Shown piece after piece: positions 39,832-48,580 of a stretch of DNA of 64,000 bases; positions within the stretch are counted from its first letter, which is position 1; the number at the start of each line of letters is the position of its first letter. The notes beneath the pieces are model-generated. The model searched no databases. It was not told where the DNA came from and worked only from the letters and a program-made list of their open reading frames with translations. Both the position numbers and the translations under genes were made by a program. The stretch is taken from positions 124,001 to 188,000 of the IMG/VR virus record IMGVR_UViG_3300037010_002844; one strand, 5' to 3'.

Positions 39832-39869
39832 GCCGCAAGGCCGGGAACCCGTAGGCACCCGGCCGCAGC
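39832..39869 (-). terminator. GC-rich hairpin, possible terminator or processing site
   Basis: GCTGCGGCCGGG...CCCGGCCTTGCGGC; weak U-tract. Confidence 0.45.
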
Positions 39870-39889
39870 AATGCACTTCCCTTACGGGA

Positions 39890-40147
39890 TTAGCGCGACT
39901 TGTTGGTCGCGCTGTAGTGCTTGTGCAGGAGGCGGTACATGGTGCGCGCCTCGGCACCCGTCAACCGCAGCGCACCTTCCGGGAAGTCGATGAAGACCGA
40001 CGTCGCGTTCGTGCGAGGGTTGGTCGACGCCGCGAACAACATTGCACCTTCGTCACGAAGGACGGTCTCGGTCCGGATGTTGCCCTTGCGGTCCTCACGG
40101 CTGTTGATGCGTGCGTTGCGGTTCGTCGAGATGTTGGATCGGCTCAT
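39890..40147 (-). CDS. Small basic hypothetical protein
   Basis: Strong TAAGGAG RBS. Confidence 0.8.
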   Translation of the reverse strand: MSRSNISTNRNARINSREDRKGNIRTETVLRDEGAMLFAASTNPRTNATSVFIDFPEGALRLTGAEARTMYRLLHKHYSATNKSR

Positions 40148-40255
40148 GGGATAATCTCCTTAGGCAGGTTGATTCCGTGCCCGTAGTAGAACATTACCCG
40201 CCCAAGTGGATCATGTACACGTCACAAAATCATTTCAGATCTTTGGATCATTTAT

Positions 40256-40678
40256 TCACACATCTCGGCCAGGGTTAGACACCGTCCGATTATCAGAAGA
40301 TTTTTCTAGGGGCCTTCTAATAAAGCCATAGAGGTACTTGGCGGCCTCGTCGAGCTGCAACTGGAAGAGTTGCCACCAGACGTTTCCGAGAATGTCGGCA
40401 CGTTCCTTGCCCAAGGTTTCCTTGACTTCAGCCTTGAAGTTTGTGTAGTCGATTTCGAGAGCACACTCTGCAACGACTCGGGACCACTCCTCGCGCCACA
40501 CGGCGACGCGGTACTTGTAGTCCGTGCCGCAGTCCTCCTCAATCGGAGATGAATTGACCTCGTAGGTCTCAATGAGACGCACCAAATCTTCTCGCACTCG
40601 TGTGCGAACCCAGATGATGCGCTCGTCCTTTTTGTCCTGAACGGCACTGTAAAAACCGTCCAACGTGAATAGCCACAT
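40256..40678 (-). CDS. Hypothetical phage protein
   Basis: MWLFTLDGFYSAV..VRTR..TDYKYR..IDYTNFK; start moved to ATG 40678. Confidence 0.75.
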   Translation of the reverse strand: MWLFTLDGFYSAVQDKKDERIIWVRTRVREDLVRLIETYEVNSSPIEEDCGTDYKYRVAVWREEWSRVVAECALEIDYTNFKAEVKETLGKERADILGNVWWQLFQLQLDEAAKYLYGFIRRPLEKSSDNRTVSNPGRDV

Positions 40679-40737
40679 ACAGTTCAATCGTATTCCAGCG
40701 TCCTGAGCAATTGCACTGTACACAATCGTTAGTGCTT

Positions 40738-40774
40738 AAACAGGCGAAGGCCCGCGTTTGCGGGCCCTCAAGCC
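40738..40774 (-). terminator. Terminator after the major capsid gene
   Basis: GGCTTGAGGGCCCGC-AAAC-GCGGGCCTTCGCC then TGTTT. Confidence 0.7.
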
Positions 40775-40795
40775 TTAGGATTTCCCTAGTGAACG

Positions 40796-42697
40796 TCAGA
40801 TGACGTTCATGTCCAACACTGTGACGGTCCCGTAGAAGTCCGTGCGGACCATCTTCTTGCCGTATCGGGTCATGACACCCTTGCGCGGCGTGAAGTCTTC
40901 CGGCGCAAAAATCGTCGGGGTGACGATCAGTGGCACGTACGGGGCGTACACGTAACCCGTCTCGAGATAGCTGCCGCCCTTGTAGCCGATCAGGATCTTG
41001 TTGCGGGGGAAGTACGGGTCCTTGTAGACCGTGAAGCGGTTGGACACCGTGCCGATCGCTTCCGCACCAATGGTAAACGGAGAGCCAACCTGTCCCTCGC
41101 CATCGATCGAGAACTTCGGCTTGTACAGCGTGGAAGCCTCGAGGATGGTGCAGACGTCCGGGCCGGTGACCATAAAGTTGGCCGAGCCGCGAAGGGTCTT
41201 ACGGTGAATGGTGTTCGCCACGTCGATGATCGTCTCGATCAACGTCTCGTACCACTCGCGGACCGTGCCCGTGAATTGCGGGCCGATACTCAAGGAGCTC
41301 GCCAGCTGCTGACGGTCACCCGTCAGCTTGTTCACGAAGCGGCCCGGCGAACGCGACCAGAAGAAGTTCGCGCCGTTGGCCTGAGAGACGAGATCATTCA
41401 AGATCTCGCGGTCGATCTCGAGAGCGATCTGCTCCGAAAGGATGCTCGTCAGCTCGACCTCAGCGTCCATCGAGTGGTACGCGTTGAGGTCCTGTGCGAG
41501 TTCAGGCGACCAGCGAGCGCGGAGCCTGCGGGTTGTCGCGGTGATTGCGATCGACTCGATCTTGATATCGATCTCGGGGATGGCCGGAGCCGGGGTCACC
41601 GAGAAGTCCGTCTCGAAGGAGGGAACAGTCAAGGTCGCGCCCGAGCCACCATCGACCATGAGGGCGTCGGCGATCGCCATCGAAACCTTCTGCGTCGCCG
41701 TGTTCAGCGTTGGAACCGAGCCGCCGTTCGACAGCTTCAGCACGAACTGAATGTGCGAACCATTCAGCGGGTTCGGCGTGAAGACCGAGCCGTTCCAGTC
41801 ACCGCGCTTGTTCAGACGACGGAGGTTCAGCAGGCCCTTGCCCGACTGGTAGGAGTCACCCCACTCAACGGCGCCGTTGTTCGCCTGGAAGCCGAAGAGA
41901 GCGATCTGCTCCGGAGCAAGGAAGTCACCCTTCGGGATCTGGGCTGCGATTGCCGCGACCGAGAGGTGGACGAAGGTTACATCCAGGAGGTTGCTGCCCA
42001 GGTCGACCTCAACCTGCGGATCGAACTGCAACATGCGGGCGTTGGTGCCCGAGAAGTCCGTGCTCGAGGCCACGATGCCGCCGGCGGCCCAAGCGTTGTT
42101 GGCACCGGTCCATGCGCCAAGGTCGAGGTTCGAACCCGAGACACCCAGCGAGGCCGAGTGCACCTTCGAGTAACCGACATTCACCAGGTCGTACATACCA
42201 CCCGTGGCGAGTGATCCAGACTGGATGCCCTTGCCGGTCGGGTTGTTGTAGATCGACTGGCCACGCTGGTAAGTCTCGTAGGCCGAGGAGTTACTAAGCT
42301 GCGAGCCAGCATCACCACCAACGTTCGAGCCGTAGGTGTAATCGAGATAGAAGATCAGACCAGACGGTAGGCTCATCGGCTGAATCGAGACAAGCTCGTT
42401 TGCAACGAGGCCACCGAAGACGCGGCGGACGATCGGGAAGGCGATGTTCGAGAAGCCCTGGATCTGACCCGAGGAAGCGACAGCGCCGCCGCCAGTGGAC
42501 AGGGAGTTCGACTCCTTCAGGACCTGGGCAGCCTGGTTCTCCAGGAGCTGCGCCATCGTCTCGCGCTTGAAACCGTCGAGACCGCGGAGCAAGCCAGTAC
42601 GGCTCCACTTCTCAACAAGACGGGCACGCTCAGCACCGACGTGCTTCTCGCGGATGCCCTGGGCCAGCTGGTCCAGTGTAAAAAACTTTGAAGACAT
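40796..42697 (-). CDS. Major capsid protein (T4 gp23-like)
   Basis: LLENQ, FPIVRRVF, VSIQPMSLPSGLIFYL, LRARWSPELAQDLNAYH, EIDREI, YAPYVPL, PRKGVMTRYG. Confidence 0.97.
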   Translation of the reverse strand: MSSKFFTLDQLAQGIREKHVGAERARLVEKWSRTGLLRGLDGFKRETMAQLLENQAAQVLKESNSLSTGGGAVASSGQIQGFSNIAFPIVRRVFGGLVANELVSIQPMSLPSGLIFYLDYTYGSNVGGDAGSQLSNSSAYETYQRGQSIYNNPTGKGIQSGSLATGGMYDLVNVGYSKVHSASLGVSGSNLDLGAWTGANNAWAAGGIVASSTDFSGTNARMLQFDPQVEVDLGSNLLDVTFVHLSVAAIAAQIPKGDFLAPEQIALFGFQANNGAVEWGDSYQSGKGLLNLRRLNKRGDWNGSVFTPNPLNGSHIQFVLKLSNGGSVPTLNTATQKVSMAIADALMVDGGSGATLTVPSFETDFSVTPAPAIPEIDIKIESIAITATTRRLRARWSPELAQDLNAYHSMDAEVELTSILSEQIALEIDREILNDLVSQANGANFFWSRSPGRFVNKLTGDRQQLASSLSIGPQFTGTVREWYETLIETIIDVANTIHRKTLRGSANFMVTGPDVCTILEASTLYKPKFSIDGEGQVGSPFTIGAEAIGTVSNRFTVYKDPYFPRNKILIGYKGGSYLETGYVYAPYVPLIVTPTIFAPEDFTPRKGVMTRYGKKMVRTDFYGTVTVLDMNVI

Positions 42698-42747
42698 TGT
42701 CTTTTTCTCCGTGACTTTCAGTTGATCAGATATCGTTCATGCACCAA

Positions 42748-44751
42748 TCACTTGATGCCAGCGAGGCGTGCCCATCGATCCGTCTCGTAGCCCTCATCGA
42801 GCTTAGTCGAGGCGGGGCGAGTTGCCCGTGAGGCCGAACCGATGACCTTGCGGCCGGCGGACTCTACCAGAGGACGGGAAGTGCCTGCCAAAGTCTTGGT
42901 CAGGCTCTCGTAGATGAGCTTGGCCTCACGGAGGCTCTTCGCCTCATCGAGCCGCTCGATGATCTCAGCCTTCTGCTTGCGCGAGAGTGCCTCGTTCTGG
43001 AGCAACTTGTTCGTGAAGACCAGCTTCGCGTTGAACAGATTCGTTTCTGCCAACTTGTTGCGGAGGTTTGCGTCGGCCTTTCCTTCCGCGGGCCGGATCG
43101 GGCTGCCATTCAGGCGAGCACCATTGCGAGACGCGACTTCCGCCAGCGTCTTCGTCATCTTCTTGACACGCATCACCGACTCGGTGAAGCGGCCGTGCAG
43201 GGCAGCGTGCTCCTTCTTTAGGGCAGCAACCTTACGTGAATCCTTCTTTGCCGTCGCACGAGTGGCTTCCTTCTTCAAGGCAGCAGCGCGGGTCTTAATC
43301 CTCTCCTGCAGGCGCTTCTCGAAGCCGACGCGACGCTTCAGCGCCTCCATCGTTGCACCTGGCTCGCGCGATTCCTTGCCAGACTCAGCGCCCGGACCCA
43401 TCGAAGCCGGAGCGACATTGCCGCCCGCCTCACGAGAATCCTCGGCCTGATCCATTCCGAAGTCCGTCTCATCAAGCTGGTCATCGTCCTGGTCGTCGTC
43501 GCCTTCATCCATCGTCAGTTCGCCATCGATCTCGTCGAGCTGGTCGTCATCCTCGTCACCCTCATCGGACTCCGTGGTGACCTCACCGTCGAGCCAGGGA
43601 TCGCCTTCCGACTTGCCGCCGCCGAACTGATCAATGACTGCGTCAACGCCGGCGCCCTTGGTGGACGGGACCGCATCCTCGCGGAGGGACTTCATCCGAG
43701 CAATCTCACGGCGGAGCATGCTCTCGTCAATTTCGACAATCGTGTCGTCGCTGAGCCGGCGTGACTCCATCTGGTCATCCTGACCCTGGTCCTCACCGCC
43801 CATGTCGAGGTCGCCAAGATCCATGTCCTCGCCACCCTCTTCATCGCCTTCTTCGCCGCCTTCTTCGCCGGCGCCGAGGTCAAGATCTTCACCGCCCTCG
43901 CCGTCTTCGTCTTCGCCAGTGATCAAGTCAACACCGACCGAATCAAGGTCAATCTCATCGGGCAGGCCAGTGAGCTTCAGCGTCACATCGCCTTCATTCA
44001 TCAAATCTTTGAGGCTCTTCTTCGACATCTTCTGCTCCTGGAGCTTGCTGAGTTCTTTGAAGTACGTTTCGAGTTTCGCTTCGTATGAACTCTTCCGTGC
44101 GGGATCCGTTACCGCCTCCTGCACGTAGTCATACATATTCTCCACTCGTGAAATCATATGAGTGATTTGCTCTGAGTAACCACGAGACTCCTTGACCACC
44201 TTATGGGCGGCCTTGAATGCTTGCAGTTGCTCACCGAGCCGGTAGAGACCGGCTTCGAGTTCCTTGATGATTCCTGACTTGGTTGCCTTGGCGACCGGCG
44301 TCAAGGCTTCCACGGATTCAAGGCTAAGCTCGTATTCATCTCCATCGACTGACGTAGGCTGCCCAAAGACAGGTGCAGGGACGGCTGCACCGATGGGGTC
44401 TGTCGCCAACGCATCAAGGTCGAGCGTGACCTTTCCTTCTGCATCAGGGACTGAGATGGCAGCCGCCGCCGTGCCACCATCGCCGGCTGCAGGAACCGCG
44501 CCGACGGGAGCAGTGTCAGTGACCAAGTCGCCCGGCTTGTCCGGGGTGCCCGGAGCACCTGAAACGATTTCAACGACTTCGACATCATCGTCATCATCGA
44601 AATCACCGTGCTCCTTGAGGAGCTCCTTCTCGATCAGATCCCGAATCCTCGGGGTCACTGCCTCGATCAGGGTACGCCTAGCATTATCCTCAGCGACTTC
44701 CTTCAATCGCTTGGCATCTGCTAGAGCCTCTTCGTACAGCTGCTTTGACAT
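42748..44751 (-). CDS. Prohead scaffold/core protein (gp22-like)
   Basis: Acidic low-complexity middle, coiled-coil, NLFNAKLVFTNKL..RWARLAGIK end; immediately upstream of the capsid gene. Confidence 0.8.
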   Translation of the reverse strand: MSKQLYEEALADAKRLKEVAEDNARRTLIEAVTPRIRDLIEKELLKEHGDFDDDDDVEVVEIVSGAPGTPDKPGDLVTDTAPVGAVPAAGDGGTAAAAISVPDAEGKVTLDLDALATDPIGAAVPAPVFGQPTSVDGDEYELSLESVEALTPVAKATKSGIIKELEAGLYRLGEQLQAFKAAHKVVKESRGYSEQITHMISRVENMYDYVQEAVTDPARKSSYEAKLETYFKELSKLQEQKMSKKSLKDLMNEGDVTLKLTGLPDEIDLDSVGVDLITGEDEDGEGGEDLDLGAGEEGGEEGDEEGGEDMDLGDLDMGGEDQGQDDQMESRRLSDDTIVEIDESMLRREIARMKSLREDAVPSTKGAGVDAVIDQFGGGKSEGDPWLDGEVTTESDEGDEDDDQLDEIDGELTMDEGDDDQDDDQLDETDFGMDQAEDSREAGGNVAPASMGPGAESGKESREPGATMEALKRRVGFEKRLQERIKTRAAALKKEATRATAKKDSRKVAALKKEHAALHGRFTESVMRVKKMTKTLAEVASRNGARLNGSPIRPAEGKADANLRNKLAETNLFNAKLVFTNKLLQNEALSRKQKAEIIERLDEAKSLREAKLIYESLTKTLAGTSRPLVESAGRKVIGSASRATRPASTKLDEGYETDRWARLAGIK

Positions 44752-44801
44752 GCTACCGTTTCCCTGCTGCAGTAAGTATCATCCCGTGATGCAGTTTCAC
44801 A

Positions 44802-45365
44802 TCACTTGAACTGTTCCAGACCCGACTTGGGATCTGGCATAGATGTGATGGTGCCTGCGTCGCCCAGGGTATTCGCATCATGGACCTTGCCACTCGTGGC
44901 CGTCGGGGAACGAGTTCCCGTGTTCGGTCCGCCGGGCACGTAGGTGGGCTTAACATCAGAAGACTTGATCTTCGGATTTGCCGACTTGTCGACGCCGTCT
45001 GTCTTGCCCGGCCCAGGAGATGATAGGTCAGGAACGTAGGAGTTCGCAGGATCTCCTGCGTTGACCCAAGCGTCATCAGCACCCTTCGATGTGTCAGGAG
45101 CCTGAATCGATGCCTTGGCGCCACCGTAGGTGAAATCAACACCATCCGGGAAGTGCTGCGCATCGCCAGCCTGAATGCCTGAAGTAGCGGCAGCACGGAG
45201 GATGTCGTTACCCTCCTTGGCCGCGTACTTGTAGGCGTCGGCCTGGTCCACGCCGTAGAACGGTGGCGACGTCGTCGAGTCCCCCTTGAAGAGGTTCTCA
45301 AAAAACGTCCTCCGCGGTGACTTCGGCGGAACGTATGTCGTGTACTTTCCCTTACCAGCAGGCAT
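44802..45365 (-). CDS. Hypothetical head-module protein
   Basis: AAGGAG RBS; Pro/Gly-rich. Confidence 0.75.
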   Translation of the reverse strand: MPAGKGKYTTYVPPKSPRRTFFENLFKGDSTTSPPFYGVDQADAYKYAAKEGNDILRAAATSGIQAGDAQHFPDGVDFTYGGAKASIQAPDTSKGADDAWVNAGDPANSYVPDLSSPGPGKTDGVDKSANPKIKSSDVKPTYVPGGPNTGTRSPTATSGKVHDANTLGDAGTITSMPDPKSGLEQFK

Positions 45366-45380
45366 CTTCGTTCTCCTTGA

Positions 45381-45632
45381 TCAGACGCCCTTACGGATCG
45401 ACTTCATAACCCGGGCCCTGGTCTCGACGATCTTGTTGAGACGAGCGCGAAGGCGCAACTCTTCGACCTTCAACGCCTTGGCGTAGTCGATCTTCTTCTC
45501 AAGAGCGTCAGCATACTCGTCCGCATCCACCTCGTCGGTGTCCTTGGCGCGCTTCTCCGGGTCTTCCATGTCCCCGAACTTACCGACTTCTTCTTCAATG
45601 ATCTTCTTGAGTAGCTTTGACGTGAGCTTCAT
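45381..45632 (-). CDS. Small leader-family protein
   Basis: MKLTSKLLKKIIEEEV. Confidence 0.8.
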   Translation of the reverse strand: MKLTSKLLKKIIEEEVGKFGDMEDPEKRAKDTDEVDADEYADALEKKIDYAKALKVEELRLRARLNKIVETRARVMKSIRKGV

Positions 45633-45686
45633 CTATGCACCCTCTCCTGCGTTTAGTGCTACGTCTAAATAGGCATCACCCCGCGA

Positions 45687-46160
45687 TTACGCGGTTTTCT
45701 TGGCCGGTGCATCCATGAAAGCCAGGTTGGCCCACTTTGACGCCGCCTCTTCACCAAAAACCTCTTCAGGTGAGCCAACGAACTTTTCTTCCTGCACGAC
45801 GCGGGACTGGGTGCCTTCAGACGGACGAGCCGCTGAGTCTCCGGCGCCCAACATCTTGGGCAAGGTCGTCATGGCGGTGTCTGCCAGAATGTCTGCCATC
45901 AGCGCGTTGCCGCGTGCCTCAGCTTTGATGGCCTGAGCCAGTGCCTCAGTCGGGCGTCGCCCGTTGGGCAATGTCTGCATGTCAAGCGGCGACTTTCCTC
46001 GAGCGACCGGACGCTGAGGAGCGCGAGATTCAGTGACGGGCAGCGTCATTCCCATCGAAGCGCCAGCACCCGATCCCAGGCCTTCCTGCAAGATCTCAAC
46101 GAGGCACTCTTTGACGATTGCCTTCAGTTGCTGACGTGACATTTTGCCTGTTCCAGACAT
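45687..46160 (-). CDS. Head-module protein with leader-like N-terminus
   Basis: KMSRQQLKAIVKECLVEILQE. Confidence 0.75.
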   Translation of the reverse strand: MSGTGKMSRQQLKAIVKECLVEILQEGLGSGAGASMGMTLPVTESRAPQRPVARGKSPLDMQTLPNGRRPTEALAQAIKAEARGNALMADILADTAMTTLPKMLGAGDSAARPSEGTQSRVVQEEKFVGSPEEVFGEEAASKWANLAFMDAPAKKTA

Positions 46161-46162
46161 GA

Positions 46163-46666
46163 TTACCCCATCGCCTTTTTCGAAAGATTTTTGTGGGCCA
46201 TCCTGCGCTCCATTGGGGAGGCACGATCGAGCATCAAGACACCATTTAGGTGGTCGACCTCGTGCTGCACAATTCGCGCCAAGAAACCGTTGAGGAAGGC
46301 GTGTTGAGTCTGCCCGGAGACGTCCTGGTACTCGATTTCAATCTCCGTCGAACGAGCAACATTGACAGCAACTCCAGGAATCGACAGGCAACCCTCTGGC
46401 CCGAACTCGACTTCCTTGGAAGACCAGACAATCACGGGATTGACCATGAAGATCATCTCACAAGCTTGTTCACCTGCTGACGGATCGACAACAATCAAAC
46501 GTTGATTGATGCCAACCTGTGGAGCGGCTAGGCCAACGCCGCGTGAGGCGTACATGGTCTCGGCCATCTTCTCGAGTTGGATCTTGAGCTCGGGCCCAAA
46601 GTCATCGACACGGTCGCAGGTCGCCTGCAAGCCCTGGTCGGGGAAGAGAACGACCTGCATGATCAA
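46163..46666 (-). CDS. def: Peptide deformylase
   Basis: All three motifs present: GVGLAAPQVG, EGCLS, QHEVDHLNG. Confidence 0.96.
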   Translation of the reverse strand: MIMQVVLFPDQGLQATCDRVDDFGPELKIQLEKMAETMYASRGVGLAAPQVGINQRLIVVDPSAGEQACEMIFMVNPVIVWSSKEVEFGPEGCLSIPGVAVNVARSTEIEIEYQDVSGQTQHAFLNGFLARIVQHEVDHLNGVLMLDRASPMERRMAHKNLSKKAMG

Positions 46667-47067
46667 CCGACTCCCTGCCAGCCCGCCGAGCCGTCACCCA
46701 GAGTGCCACTCAACTGCGGCATTTCGACAGCATCGATATTTGTCAGGCCACCACAGAACGCAAAGGCTGGCGAGCTGGAGTCGCCAGCAAAATAGACTGC
46801 TGTCACTCGAAGTTCCAGCGTCACCGTCGCATTGGGGCCCACCAGGTAGTAGTTGCTACCCAGGATACCGTTACGAGTGAAACCGACGCGGAGCTTGTTG
46901 GTGCCGTCCAGGTTTGAAACTGTCAGCGTCCTGCTGATCTTGGGCAGGTCAATCCTCAAACAACCCGAAGTTGCCTGAGGTGCGACAGACGACGTGACAA
47001 AAGGCAGCGCAGAAGACTGAAACTCTCCTGCGTAACCAATGCCACCTTTGGGGTTGTTGAGACTCAT
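46663..47067 (-). CDS. Hypothetical beta-sandwich virion protein
   Basis: Coupled ORF in the head module. Confidence 0.65.
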   Translation of the reverse strand: MSLNNPKGGIGYAGEFQSSALPFVTSSVAPQATSGCLRIDLPKISRTLTVSNLDGTNKLRVGFTRNGILGSNYYLVGPNATVTLELRVTAVYFAGDSSSPAFAFCGGLTNIDAVEMPQLSGTLGDGSAGWQGVG

Positions 47068-47073
47068 CTTGCA

Positions 47074-47721
47074 TTACCTCTTGTACGACAGGATGTCGTT
47101 TAGAACCCGGTCAATCCGGTCGCTGCGGTTGAAGATCCGCTTCAGCTCGCCATCGCTTAGCTGGCGACCTTCTGGAATCATGAAGGCACCAGGCGTTGAA
47201 GGCTCAGAAACGTAGTCCCAACAGATCAACTGAAAGTCATCCTGAACCACGTAGTAGTCGCCATCCTTCCGAGTTGACCCCACGCCCCGCGAGGAGATAC
47301 CCAACTTGACGTTGCTCTCGGCCAACGACTGCAGGATCTGACCCGAGGGGGTATTCAGGATCTCGACGGTTCCCATCACTGTTCCGTTCTCGAGGTAGGC
47401 CTCACGGACAATGTGGGAAACGTTCTTCAGGTTGATGACCGAGGAATCAGGGTGATCGAGCTCACCAAGAGCACGATTCTCAATGATGAACTTCTGGTAG
47501 TTCCTGACCTCGCGCTCCAACACACGGAGCGGATAGATTCGGCCGTTCTGGTTTAGGGTGTCTGCCTTCTGCAGGATTCCCTTCATCAGGATCTTCTTGA
47601 CAGCGGGCACCTTGACAGCGTTGCCCTGAGAATCTTCAGTAATGGTCTCAGGCTTGACGACCTCGGTGACCAGCTTGTAGTCAAAGATGTCGTAGGTATT
47701 CAGTAGCCTCTGGTTGCTCAT
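47074..47721 (-). CDS. Prohead core protease (T4 gp21-like)
   Basis: NQNGRIYP, ALGELDHP, VSH, TPSGQI, LGISSRGVGS, DYVSEPSTPGA. Confidence 0.95.
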   Translation of the reverse strand: MSNQRLLNTYDIFDYKLVTEVVKPETITEDSQGNAVKVPAVKKILMKGILQKADTLNQNGRIYPLRVLEREVRNYQKFIIENRALGELDHPDSSVINLKNVSHIVREAYLENGTVMGTVEILNTPSGQILQSLAESNVKLGISSRGVGSTRKDGDYYVVQDDFQLICWDYVSEPSTPGAFMIPEGRQLSDGELKRIFNRSDRIDRVLNDILSYKR

Positions 47722-47725
47722 GACA

Positions 47726-48580
47726 TCACTCCTCACCGTTTAGTTCGGTACTCAACTTGGTGTAAAGCATGAAGCGAGTCACTGTCTCATCATTGACCAC
47801 ATCGAGGGTCTCGGAGATCAGGCGCTCTCGGGCCTCGTTCAGCTTTTCATTGACGTACTTGTTAGCGTTTGCTGCAGTGTACTCGTCCATTCGTTGCAAC
47901 AGGTCAGACTTGATCTCTGCCAGTTTCTTGTGAATGACGGTCGGATCATCGTGAGCGGCCGAAAAGACATACGCCTTGACGAGTGACTTCTGATCATCGT
48001 TCAGGACACCAGCGTACTTCTCGTTCAACTTCTTTGTCATGACCTTCATCAACAGGCGAGCAGTTCCGTTAGACTCTTCACTGATGACATGATCATCAGC
48101 CTCTGGTCGTTCAGACACCAACCACTGGACCAACTGGTCCTCGTAGGTCGCCATCCTCGACAAGTCCTTGTCGGTCGATCGCCAATCATTGAGCAGCGTC
48201 TGCACGGTGGCATACATCCTGTACTCATTGATCTGTTGATCATAGAAGTTGTCATCTTTGATCGAGTAGTTGATGTGCTTGATGAGCAGCGACTTCTCGC
48301 GGTCCAGAGTCTGGATGTCGTGAGATCGGGCCGCCGAGCGCGCCTCGTTCAGGATGTTAGCAGCGACTGCCTCTGACGTCACCTTCGTCTTAATCAACGA
48401 ATTGACGAGCCTAAACTCTCGGTACAGCTCAGAACCAGGCTTGAAGTGCTTTCGGAGGATCTTCAACGCCACGGCAGACTTCTTCTGGTTGCCCTCGACG
48501 AGGGCGGTCGAAATGGTGCGGACAAGGAACTCGTAGAGTAGTCCAGCATTACGCTTCTTGTTGTGGCCCTTGCTGCTCAT
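47726..48580 (-). CDS. Helical head-assembly-region protein
   Basis: HNKKRNAGLLYEFL; lies between portal and protease. Confidence 0.7.
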   Translation of the reverse strand: MSSKGHNKKRNAGLLYEFLVRTISTALVEGNQKKSAVALKILRKHFKPGSELYREFRLVNSLIKTKVTSEAVAANILNEARSAARSHDIQTLDREKSLLIKHINYSIKDDNFYDQQINEYRMYATVQTLLNDWRSTDKDLSRMATYEDQLVQWLVSERPEADDHVISEESNGTARLLMKVMTKKLNEKYAGVLNDDQKSLVKAYVFSAAHDDPTVIHKKLAEIKSDLLQRMDEYTAANANKYVNEKLNEARERLISETLDVVNDETVTRFMLYTKLSTELNGEE

